A stretch of DNA of 64,000 nucleotides from an uncultured Alphaproteobacteria bacterium (GTDB lineage Bacteria > Pseudomonadota > Alphaproteobacteria > Rhizobiales > Xanthobacteraceae), in contig CAVZUL010000008.1 in NCBI GenBank assembly GCA_963778455.1, positions 315,371 to 379,370 of the forward strand, in the 5' to 3' direction. Under the pieces are notes generated by a model that saw only the letters and a program-made list of their open reading frames with translations, had not been told where the DNA came from and searched no databases. Of the stretch, positions 51,262-60,074 are shown in pieces; the stretch's first letter is position 1, and each line of letters starts with the position of its first letter. Position numbers and translations under genes: made by a program.

Positions 51262-52632
51262 TTACGCCGCGTCCGCCACCACCCGGTTGCGGCCGTCGCG
51301 CTTGGCGCGATAGAGCGCCTGGTCGGCGCGCTTGAGGATCGTCGCGCCGGTGTCGTTGCTGCCGAGCGCCGCAAGCCCGATCGAGAGCGTCACGTCGATC
51401 GCCTTGGTGCCCTGCTCGATCGCGAACGGCTCGCCCGCGATGCGCCGCCGGATGCGCTCGGCCACCAGCGCGGCGACCGCCATGTCGGTCTCCGGCATCA
51501 CGATCACGAATTCCTCGCCGCCGTAGCGGCAGGCGAGATCGATGCCGCGGATCGATTTCTTCACCCGCACCGCGAACTCGCGCAGCACGTCGTCGCCGGC
51601 GTCGTGGCCGTGCGTGTCGTTGATCGCCTTGAAGTAGTCGATGTCGAGCACCAGCAGCGTCAGCGGCTTGCCGCGTCCGGCCGCCTGCTCGACCAGCGTC
51701 GCCAGATGGCTTTCCATGTAGCGGCGATTGTAGAGGCCGGTGAGGCCGTCGGTGATCGCCATTTCCATCGATTGCTGCACGTTGTCGCGCAGCCGCGCCG
51801 TGTAGCGCTTGCGGCGGATCTGCGTGCGCACGCGCGCCAGCAGTTCGTTCTTGTCGATCGGCCGCACCAGATAGTCGTTCACGCCGATCTCGAGCCCGCG
51901 CAACAGCCGCGCGTTGTCCTCGGCCTCGGCGATCATCAGGATCGGCACGCCGCGCGTGCGGTCGAGCGAGCGCACCTGGCTGCACAGCCGCAGCCCGTCG
52001 AAGTTTTCCAGGCCGAGCGAGACGATCAGGCACTCGTAGTCGGCCTCGGCCGCGTGGAACAGCGCTTCCTGCGGGTTCGGCTCGACGTCGACCGTGTGCT
52101 CGGTGGTGAGGATGCCGGCGATGCGCTCGTAGGAGGACTTGCGGTCGTCGACCAGCAGCACGCGCCCGCCGCGCCCGGTTTCGGTCAGCGCCGCCATTTC
52201 GGGATCGTTGATGCCGATCTCGCGCGAGGTCACGGCGCGCATGCGCAGCTCGTCCGCCGCCATCTTCAGCCGCACCAGCGAGCGCACGCGCGCGAGCAGC
52301 GCGATGTCGGACACCGGCTTGGTCAGGAAATCGTCGGCGCCGGCCTCGAGCCCGCGCACGCGGTCGGACGGCTGGTCGAGCGCCGTCACCATCACCACCG
52401 GAATGTGATGCGTCGCCGGATTGGCCTTGAGCCGGCGGCACACCTCGAAGCCGTCCATCTCCGGCATCATCACGTCGAGCAGCACGATGTCGCATTGCGC
52501 GCGCTCGCAGATCGCCAGCGCTTCCGCGCCGGACATCGCGGTCGAGACGTCGAAATACTCGGCCGTCAGCCGCGCTTCGAGCAGCTTCACGTTGGCCGGA
52601 ATGTCGTCGACGACGAGAATGCGCGCGGTCAT
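51262..52632 (-). CDS. pleD: response-regulator diguanylate cyclase PleD (REC-REC-GGDEF)
   Basis: The ATG at 52632 follows GAGGAG. The protein has [22 protein letters not shown]...[14 protein letters not shown], a second degenerate REC domain, and [11 protein letters not shown]...[12 protein letters not shown]. It forms the distal 456 codons of ORF 51262..53061. Confidence 0.9.
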   Translation of the reverse strand: MTARILVVDDIPANVKLLEARLTAEYFDVSTAMSGAEALAICERAQCDIVLLDVMMPEMDGFEVCRRLKANPATHHIPVVMVTALDQPSDRVRGLEAGADDFLTKPVSDIALLARVRSLVRLKMAADELRMRAVTSREIGINDPEMAALTETGRGGRVLLVDDRKSSYERIAGILTTEHTVDVEPNPQEALFHAAEADYECLIVSLGLENFDGLRLCSQVRSLDRTRGVPILMIAEAEDNARLLRGLEIGVNDYLVRPIDKNELLARVRTQIRRKRYTARLRDNVQQSMEMAITDGLTGLYNRRYMESHLATLVEQAAGRGKPLTLLVLDIDYFKAINDTHGHDAGDDVLREFAVRVKKSIRGIDLACRYGGEEFVIVMPETDMAVAALVAERIRRRIAGEPFAIEQGTKAIDVTLSIGLAALGSNDTGATILKRADQALYRAKRDGRNRVVADAA

Positions 52633-53013
52633 CGCGCGCTCCTCAGGCGTTCCGAGGAAATGCCGCACCGTCTCGATGAACTTGCCGACCGAGATCGGCT
52701 TCGACAGATAGGCCTCGCAGCCGCCCTCGCGGATGCGCTCCTCGTCGCCCTTCATGGCGAACGCCGTCACCGCGACCACGGGGATCGATTTCAGCTCCGG
52801 ATCATCCTTCAGCCACTTGGTGACTTCGAGGCCGGACACTTCGGGCAGCTGGATGTCCATGATGATCAGGTCGGGGCGATGCTTGCGCGCGAGATCGAGC
52901 GCCTCGATCCCGTTGCGGGTTCCGACGGTCTGGTAGCCGTGCGCTTCCAACAGGTCGTGGAAGAGCTTCATGTTGAGCTCGTTGTCCTCCACGATCAGGA
53001 CGGTCTTGGCCAT
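52633..53013 (-). CDS. divK: single-domain response regulator DivK (no stop codon before pleD in this sequence)
   Basis: [35 protein letters not shown]...[22 protein letters not shown]...[30 protein letters not shown] starts at ATG 53013 in ORF 51262..53061. It reads straight into the pleD ATG in frame. Confidence 0.8.
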
Positions 53014-53144
53014 TTCGGCCCTCCGGCTACCCCATCTGGCGATCCCTGGCCATGCAGCCAAAGACCCGCCTCGCCCCCGGCGCGCGAATGGGCAGAATCT
53101 TAGTAAAACCCTAGCGGCGATACGTTACGGAAAGGCAAACGGCG

Positions 53145-53445
53145 ATGGCGAAAGGCGCCCGTATCACCCGCGAAATCGCTGAAAACCTCGCGATTTCGGC
53201 GCTCGCCTTCCTGGCCGGGGACCCCGAGCGCCTCGGGCGGTTTCTCGCCGCCACAGGTATCGGCCCGGAGACGATTCGCAAGGCCGCCGCCGACCCCGCC
53301 TTCCTGGCCGGCGTGCTCGACCATGTGGTCGCCGACGAGCCGCTGCTGCTCGCGGTCGCGGCGCATGCCGGCGTCACGCCACAGGACGATCGAGCACGCG
53401 CAGGCCGTGCTGAGCGGACGGCCGTGGCAGCGGGAGGTACCCTGA
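53145..53445 (+). pseudogene. DUF3572-like protein, frameshift near 53385
   Basis: [81 protein letters not shown] is in ORF 53145... After a +1 shift it continues [18 protein letters not shown] to the stop at 53443-53445. Confidence 0.7.
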
Positions 53446-53449
53446 TCCG

Positions 53450-54756
53450 ATGCCGGGCTTCTGCCGCGACTGCTTCGCCGACGCCGCGGACGCGGCGCGG
53501 CGCTGCGCTGCCTGCGGCTCGCCGCGCGCTGATCCGGCACGCGCAGCTCGACGCGCTCGCGATCGCGCATGTCGACTGCGACGCGTTCTACGCCACGATC
53601 GAGAAGCGCGACGATCCTTCGCTCGCCGACAAGCCGCTGATCATCGGCGGCGGCAAGCGCGGCGTGGTCTCGACCGCCTGCTACATCGCGCGCACCTACG
53701 GCGTCCATTCGGCGATGCCGATGTTCAAGGCGCGCAAGCTCTGCCCGCACGCGATCGTGCTCACGCCCGACATGGCGAAATACGTGCGGGTCGGCCGCGA
53801 GGTGCGCAAGCTGATGCTCGAGCTGACGCCGCAGGTCGAGCCGCTCTCGATCGACGAGGCGTTCATGGACCTGACCGGCACCGAGCGGCTGCACCGCATG
53901 AGCCCGGCGCGCTCGCTCGCGCGCTTCGCCCGGCGCGTCGAGGCCGACATCGGCATCACGGTGTCGATCGGGCTTTCGGCCAACAAGTTTCTGGCCAAGA
54001 TCGCCTCCGACCTCGACAAGCCGCGCGGCTTTGCGGTGCTCGGCAAGCGACGAGGCGGTGGCGTTCCTTGCCGCGCGGCCGGTCGGCTTCATCTGGGGCG
54101 TCGGCAAGGCGAGCGCAGGCGCGGCTGCAGCGCGACGGCTACAACACCATCGCGGACCTGCAGCGCGCGGACGAGACCGACCTGATGCGCCGCTACGGCG
54201 TCGAGGGGCGCCGGCTGTGGCGGCTGTCGCGCGGCATCGACGACCGCAGCGTCAATCCGGAGCGCGAGACCAAGAGCGTGTCGGCCGAGACGACGTTCGA
54301 CGAGGACATCGCGCGCTACAAGCCGCTGGAGAAGATGCTCTGGTCGCTGTCCGAGCGGGTGTCGCGCGCGCCTGAAGGCGAGCGGCATCGCGGGCTCGAC
54401 CGTGACGCTGAAGCTGAAGACCGCCGACTTCCGCATCCGCACGCGCGCCCGCTCGCTCGGCGAGCCGACGCAGCTTGCGGCGCGCATCTTCGAGGCCGGG
54501 CGCGACCTGCTGGCGCGCGAGATCGACGGCACGCAAATTCCGCCTGATCGGCATCGGCGCCTCGAACCTGATCGACGGCGACAAGGCCGACGCCGCCGAC
54601 CTCGTCGACCGCAAGGGCGAGCGCGCCGCGCAAGGCCGAGCACGCGATCGACAAGGTGCGCGAGAAATTCGGCAAGGCCGCCGTGGTCAAGGGGCTGGTG
54701 TTCGACGGCAACGCGGCGGCGATGATGACGATGACGATGAGGATGACGATGATTGA
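53450..54756 (+). pseudogene. dinB: DNA polymerase IV with an N-terminal CxxC...CxxC extension, about 7 frameshifts
   Basis: The pieces are [26 protein letters not shown] (ORF 53450...), [32 protein letters not shown]...[11 protein letters not shown]...[20 protein letters not shown] (53145..54185), [22 protein letters not shown] (54031...), [14 protein letters not shown]... (53450 frame), [21 protein letters not shown]... (54402...), [12 protein letters not shown]... (54475...) and [14 protein letters not shown] (54656...). The end is ambiguous (54725 or 54756). Confidence 0.85.
54721..54753. repeat. GAT/GAC triplet repeat (11 units)
   Basis: The sequence is gatgatgacgatgacgatgaggatgacgatgat. 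It reads D6-E-D4 in one frame and [10 protein letters not shown] in the next. It sits exactly at the dinB / Bug-family gene junction. Confidence 0.85.
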
Positions 54757-55718
54757 TCGCAGAACCTTGCTTGCCGGATGCGCCGCGTTCCCGCTTGTGC
54801 CGAGCGCGCTGGCGCAATCCGGCCCGCTGACCAGGATCATCTTTCCGTTCGCGGCCGGCGGCAGCGGCGACATGCTTTGCCGCCTCATCGCGGAACATCT
54901 GCGGCCAATCCTCGATCGCACCGTTCGTCGTCGAGAACCGCACCGGTGGCGACGGCCTGATCGGGATCAAGTCGGTGATGAGCGCCGCTCCCGACGGCGC
55001 CACGATCCTCATCACCACCGGCCCCACCATGTATCTGCTGCCGATGGTGGAGACGAAGCCGAGCTTTGACTACACGAAGGATTTCGTGCCGGTTTCGCTG
55101 CTCGGGCGCTTCGAATTCGTCGTGGTCACCGGGCCGGCGACGGACGCGAAAGATTTCCCGCAGCTCGTCGCCTGGCTCAAGGCGAATCCGGGCAAGTCGG
55201 CGTTTGGCGTTCCGAGCAACGGCACCATCCCTCACTTCACCGGGTCGCGGCTCGAAGCTGTCCTGGGCATTCCGATGACGCGTGTGCCCTACCGAGGCAG
55301 CGCGCCGATTTTGAAGGACCTCGTCGGAAGCCATCTGCCGTTCGCCATCATCGACGCTGGCCGACACCATCGCACAGCATCGCGCGGGCGCCATCCAGAT
55401 CGTCGCGGTCAGCGGCGGAGACACGTTCGCCGTTCCTGCCCGACGTGCAGACGCTGAAGGAGAACGGCGTCAACCTCGTCGCCGACTCCTGGTACGGCAT
55501 GTGGCTGCCGGCAGGCAGCTTCTCCGGATTTCGCCAAGCAACTGAGCGCGGCGGTCGTCGACCGTGCTGGCCAAGCCTGAGGTGCGCGAGAAGCTGCTTG
55601 CGGTCGGCGCTGATACCGGTTGGCACGACGCCGGAGCGGCTCACATCAAGAGCACGCCGCCAACACGGCGTTCTGGCAGCCGATCGTCAAGGCAACGGGA
55701 TACAAGATTACGAACTGA
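54749..55718 (+). pseudogene. Bug/TctC-family tripartite tricarboxylate transporter substrate-binding protein, about 7 frameshifts
   Basis: The pieces are MIDRRTLLAGCAAFPLVPSALA...IIFPFAAGGSGDMLCRLIAEHL (ORF 54656...), PFVVENRTGGDGLIGIK...GVPSNGTIPHFTGS...VPYRGSAPILKDLVG (54975...), then LADTIAQHRAGAIQIVAVSG, QTLKENGVNLVADSWYGMWLPAG (55445...), PDFAKQLSAAVVD, LAKPEVREKLLAVG (55564...), LIPVGTTPERL and AANTAFWQPIVKATGYKITN, with the stop at 55716-55718. Each shift is +1. Confidence 0.8.
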
Positions 55719-57446
55719 TGGCCGTCACCCTGAGGTGCGAGCCGCTTTTGCGGCGAGCCTCGAAGGGCGGCAGCGGCACTCCGGGCCATCCTTCGAGGCG
55801 CGCTTCGCGCGCGCCTCAGGATGACGGACTGAGTTCCCATCCTCTGCCGGATCGCCGCAAGCTCCGCTTCGTCCCAGATGCCGATCAGAATGCCGCCTTT
55901 GATCTGCAGCTGGTTGTCAGCGTAAGCGGCGATCTTCTCGTTGCTGGTGGTGATGTGTCCCTTGGGATGCAGCGCCCAGTCGAACAACGCGGCCTGCAGC
56001 CGCGCGATCACGTCGGCGCATGACGGATCGCTGCCTCGATCGTCGAATTCCTGGCGGTCGCTTTGCAGGTCGTACAGCATCGGCCGGAAGCCGGAGGCGT
56101 GGATGTATTTCCAGCGCCCGTCGAACACCATGAACAGGCGGCAGCTGCTCGATCGGCTGGTTCAGCTTCAGCCGGACGTCCTGCATCGCGTAGTCGTATT
56201 CGGAGAACACGTGGCTGCGCCAGTCGGCCGGGGTCTCGCCGCGCAACAACGGCATCAGCGAGCGGCCCTCCAGAATGTGGCCGAGCACCTTGCCGCCGAA
56301 ATACTCGATGAACGTCGGGGCAAGATCGATCGCCTCGACCAGTGCGTCGCTGACGGTGCCGCGCGTGCGGTCCGCCTCGCGCGACGGATCGATCACGATC
56401 AGCGGGATTTTGGCGGACTGTTCGTGGAACAGGTCCTTCTCACCCATCCAGTGATCGCCGAGATAGTCGCCGTGATCGGAGGTGAACACGATCATCGTCG
56501 TGTCGAGCAGCCCCCGCTCCTCAAGGAAATGCATCAGCACGCCCATCTGGTCGTCGATCTGCTTGATCAGGCCCATGTAGGCCGGAATGACCTTCTCCCG
56601 CGCCTCGTCGCGCGCCATGTTGCGCGAGTAGCGCATGTCCATGTAGGCGGCGAAGACCGGATGCGCCTCCTGCCGTTCCTTCTGCGAACGGACCGCGGGA
56701 AGAATGTCGGCCGCCGTATACATGCTGGCGTAGGGCTCGGGCGCGATGTAGGGCCAATGCGGCTTGATGTAGGACAGATGCAGACACCACGGCCGGCCGT
56801 CGGTCTCTGCCTCCGCGATGAACTCCATCGCTCGGCGCGTCATGTAGGGCGTCTCGGAATGCTCCTCCGGCACGCGCGCGGCCTTGTCGGCATGGGCGAG
56901 CAGCCAGCCGTTTTGCAATGAGCCGTCCGCGGCAGCGCCGGAATTCGCCCACTGCTCCCACGGGTTCGCCGCCTCGAAGCCATGCTCGCGCAGGTACGCA
57001 TCGTAGCGCGGGCGCGGCTTGCCGCTCGGATGCAGGCCATCGTCGCGCTCATACGGCTCGAAGCCGCACTCGGCGACATGCACGCCAATGATCGAATCCG
57101 GCGCAATGCCGAGCATCTTCATGCCCTCGAGGTCCGGCGCCATGTGGGTCTTGCCGACCAGGACATTGCGCACGCCGATCTTCTTCAAGTGATCGCCGAG
57201 CGTCGGCTCGCCGACACGCAGCGGCCAGCCGTTCCAGTGCGAGCCGTGCGAGCGCATGTAGCGGCCGGTGTAGAAGCTCATGCGCGAGGGGCCGCAGATC
57301 GGCGATTGCACGTAGGCGTTGGAAAACCGCACGCCGCGCGCGGCAAGCGCGTCGATGTTCGGCGTTTTCAGTGTGGGATGGCCGGTGCAGCCGAGGTAGT
57401 CGTAGCGAAGCTGGTCGCACATGATCCAGAGGACATTGCGGGGCAT
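55646..57446 (-). pseudogene. sulfatase-family protein, one frameshift near 56150
   Basis: MPRNVLWIMCDQLRYDY...SPICGPSRMSFYTGRY (CxPxR sulfatase motif)...FTSDHGDYLGDH is in ORF 55917..57446. The C-terminus, MVFDGRWKYIHASGFRPMLYDLQSDRQEFDD..., is in ORF 55646..56131. The listed 3' end runs through a REP unit and overlaps the convergent gene, so the real stop may be earlier. Confidence 0.8.
55723..55827. repeat. inverted pair of REP-like units, family 4
   Basis: Unit a is cgtcaccctgaggtgcgagccgcttttgcggcgagcctcgaagggcgg. Unit b, ggccatccttcgaggcgcgcttcgcgcgcgcctcaggatgacgg, is its approximate reverse complement. The same unit occurs at 35552. Confidence 0.75.
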
Positions 57447-57534
57447 GTCTCACACACTGCTATTTCGGGCGCCAAATGGTGCGATATTGTGGGCGCCCGG
57501 ACAATCGGCTCACACGCTAGCGGGGAGGATTGAG

Positions 57535-57735
57535 ATGGCGATGTGCGATAAGGAGTTCTTTCTCGTCATTTTCGTTCGATGCACCGGGGACTGCCCGCCC
57601 GGAGCCAACGACAAGTGCACGCTCCAGTACCGGAGGAAGGGCGATCCGAACTGGAAAAACGCCGGACGCTGGCGACTTAGACGGCCAGGCGAAGAATACC
57701 GGTGCGAATGTTTGAGGCCCGCGCCAGCGGGCTAA
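57535..57735 (+). CDS. hypothetical Cys-rich small protein (66 aa)
   Basis: GGGGAGGA precedes ATG 57535 inside ORF 57421..57735. The translation is MAMCDKEFFLVIFVRCTGDCPPGANDKCTLQYRRKGDPNWKNAGRWRLRRPGEEYRCECLRPAPAG, with six Cys. I recognise no family. Confidence 0.45.
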   Translation: MAMCDKEFFLVIFVRCTGDCPPGANDKCTLQYRRKGDPNWKNAGRWRLRRPGEEYRCECLRPAPAG

Positions 57736-57765
57736 GCCCGCGATCCGCAGGCGCGGCCGTAAAGC

Positions 57766-58639
57766 CTACTTGCAGGCCTTGGCCTTCTTCACGTCGAGCG
57801 AGGTCATCTTGCCGTCGATGACGAAATCGCCGTAGTCGAGGCGGAGCGCGCGCGAGATGCCGTTTTCGTACATCTCGAACGAAATGGCGTAGATCGGCGT
57901 CTGTTCGCTCGGCTGGTCGTCCGCCTGCTTCTCGGTCTTGTCAAAATAGCTGATCGTGACCGGCCAGCGCGGAAGGCCGGTGAGCGAATCCTTGTCCGCC
58001 GCCGCATCGTCCCCGGGCTTCCTGTCCGGCTCGATCCGGCGCCCGATCACGGAAAGCGACTGATAGATCTTCTCGCCCGATTCCGAGCCGTCATACACCG
58101 CGATTTCCAAGCAGCGTCTTCCCGGCCTGCGCTGCCTCGATCAGGAGGCGCATGTGCTCGGTCGGGAACACCACCTTCCCGGCATCGAATTTCTTGTCCC
58201 CGGGCTTGTTGAGCTTGACGGCGACGCTGCTCCTGCCGCGATCGGCGCGCCCATCGACGTCGCCGATCTGCTTGCTGTCCATGTAATTCTGGGACTTGAA
58301 GCGGAAGCTCTTGCCGTCGCCCTCTTCCCAGGTCGCGGTCCGCAGGTCGCTCAGCGCAACCTTGCCCTCGCCGCTGTCGAGCTCGGTCACCTGGCGGAAG
58401 TTGAGCGCGTAGCCCTCGCAGGCGCTGCCGGAGAAATCATAGACGATGCGGCCGCGCACCCCCTCAAGCGAGCGCTTTCCGCGCGAACTGGTCAGGGTCA
58501 GATCGTAGATCGCCACATGCGGGGCGAGCTTGACGCGTTCCGGCCGGCCCCTGGGCAAACGCCGCGCCGTTCGCCGCGAACGTCCGGCGGCGGCAAACAT
58601 TGCGACAAAACCAAGGCGGACGGGGGTAACGGCAATCAT
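57766..58639 (-). pseudogene. DUF1849 (EipB-like) periplasmic protein, one clear and two probable frameshifts
   Basis: The N-terminal part is in ORF 58091..58639 (KLAPHVAIYDLTLTSSRGKRSLEGVRGRIVYDFSGSACEGYALNFRQ...). The C-terminal part is in ORF 57766..58110 (EIAVYDGSESGEKIYQSLSVIG...ISFEMYENGISRALRLDYGDF), with the shift near 58100. The signal-peptide region (FAANGAAFAQGPA in ORF 58464..58754) suggests two more shifts near 58520-58565. Confidence 0.7.
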
Positions 58640-58768
58640 TCGGTCTCTCCTGAAATCCGGCGCGGAACATAGATGTGCGTCGCCTGCGCCGCAACTCCGT
58701 TGGTTTCCCGATCCGCTTGCGCCTGCGCGGCCGATCGGCCAAGACTTTGGTCAACTCAGGTGGAGGCG

Positions 58769-59239
58769 ATGATGGCGGGGACAGTTGAAAAAAAGCTTGC
58801 GGACCTTGGGATCACGCTTGGGACACCGGCCGCGCCGGTCGCCAATTACGTGGGATTCGTGCGTACCGGCAATCTGTTGGTGGTGTCCGGCCAGCTCTGC
58901 TTCGATCCGGAAGGCAAGCTGGTCGCGGTCGGCAAGCTCGGCGGCGCCGTGTCGATCGAGGAGGGGCAGAAGGCGGCGCGCGCCTGCGCGGTGAACCTGA
59001 TGGCCCAGATCAAGGTCGCGCTGGGCGATCTCGACAAGGTGCAGCGCGTGGTGCGGCTCGGCGGCTTCATCAACGCGACGCCGGATTTCCTCGAAACCCC
59101 CAAGGTAATGAACGGCGCCTCCGACCTGATGGTGACGGCCTTCGGCGACAAGGGCCGGCACGCCCGCACCACGATCGGCGTCGCGGTGCTCCCGATGGAT
59201 GCCGCGGTCGAGGTCGAGGGCATTTTCGAGGTGTCGTGA
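58769..59239 (+). CDS. RidA/YjgF-family protein
   Basis: GGTGGAGG precedes the ATG at 58769 in ORF 58673..59239. The protein contains PVANYVGFVRTGNLLVVSGQL...ARTTIGVAVLPMDAAVEVEGIFEV. Confidence 0.8.
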   Translation: MMAGTVEKKLADLGITLGTPAAPVANYVGFVRTGNLLVVSGQLCFDPEGKLVAVGKLGGAVSIEEGQKAARACAVNLMAQIKVALGDLDKVQRVVRLGGFINATPDFLETPKVMNGASDLMVTAFGDKGRHARTTIGVAVLPMDAAVEVEGIFEVS

Positions 59240-59260
59240 GCCCGATCCCCCGCCCGCTTC

Positions 59261-60011
59261 ATGCCCGGACTTGACTGGCTCACCGCCCGGCCGGTCGCGC
59301 ATCGCGGCCTGCACGACGCCGCGGCGGGCGTCGATCGAGAACACCGCCTCGGCCTTCAAGGCGGCGATCGACGGCGGCTTCGGCATCGAAACCGATCTGC
59401 AAATCAGCGCCGACGGCGAAGCCATGGTGCACCATGACTTCGCGCTCGGCCGCCTGACGCTCGGGTCGCGCCATCTCGCCGCGATGACGGCCACGGGGCT
59501 GAAGGAAGTGCCCTTCACGCGATACCAGCGACCGCATGATGACGCTCGGCGAATTGTGCGACTTCGTCGCCGGCCGCACGCCGCTGGTGATCGAGCTGAA
59601 AAGCCGGTTCGATGGCGATCGCCGGCTGGTTGCCCGCACCGTGCAGGTGCTCCAGTCCTATGCGGGGCCGTGCGCCGTGATGTCGTTCGATCCGGGCTTC
59701 GTGCAGGCGCTACGCGAAATCGCGCTCCGGCCTGCCGCGCGGCATCGTGGCCGAGCGCCATTATGAAGATGCGGAATGGCGCGAGCTGACACCCGGGCAG
59801 CGGCGCGAACCTGGCGTTCCTGCTGCATGCCCACCGCACGCGCCCGCATTTCGTCGCCTATCATGTGAAGGACCTGCCCTCGCCTGGGCCGCTGATTGCA
59901 CGCTATGTCTTCGGTCTGCCCTTGCTGACCTGGACGGTGCGTACCGAACAGGATCGTCAGCGCGCGAGGACCTGGGCGAACCAGATGATCTTCGAGGGGT
60001 TCAGGCCGTAG
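59261..60011 (+). pseudogene. glycerophosphodiester phosphodiesterase family protein, about 4 frameshifts
   Basis: MPGLDWLTARPVAHRGLHDAAAGV is in an unlisted frame from ATG 59261. The other pieces are ENTASAFKAAIDGGFGIETDLQISADGEAMVHHD (59199..59789), MMTLGELCDFVAGRTPLVIELK...MSFDPGFV (59536..59766), ERHYEDAEWRELTPGQRR (59747...), and LAFLLHAHRTRPHFVAYHVKDL...LTWTVRTEQDRQRA...FEGFRP, with the stop at 60009-60011. Confidence 0.75.
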
Positions 60012-60063
60012 ACGCATGATCCCGAAAAGTGGGTACCGGTTTTCGGATAAGATCATGCGCAAA
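60012..60063. repeat. REP-like palindromic repeat, family 1
   Basis: The sequence acgcatgatcccgaaaagtgggtaccggttttcggataagatcatgcgcaaa fills the gap between the GDPD gene stop and the next gene. Confidence 0.8.
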
Positions 60064-60074
60064 TGGCGCCTTCT

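Noticed and set aside
51604-53103. 499-aa plus-strand ORF, and the 446-aa ORF 51155..52495
   Set aside because: These are antisense or out-of-frame relative to divK-pleD, whose REC and GGEEF motifs are unambiguous.
53014-53144. CtrA (TTAA-N7-TTAA) or LexA (GTTC-N7-GTTC) boxes in the divK / DUF3572-dinB divergent region
   Set aside because: I found only an imperfect ttag-N7-ctag and no proper half-sites, which is not enough to call a binding site.
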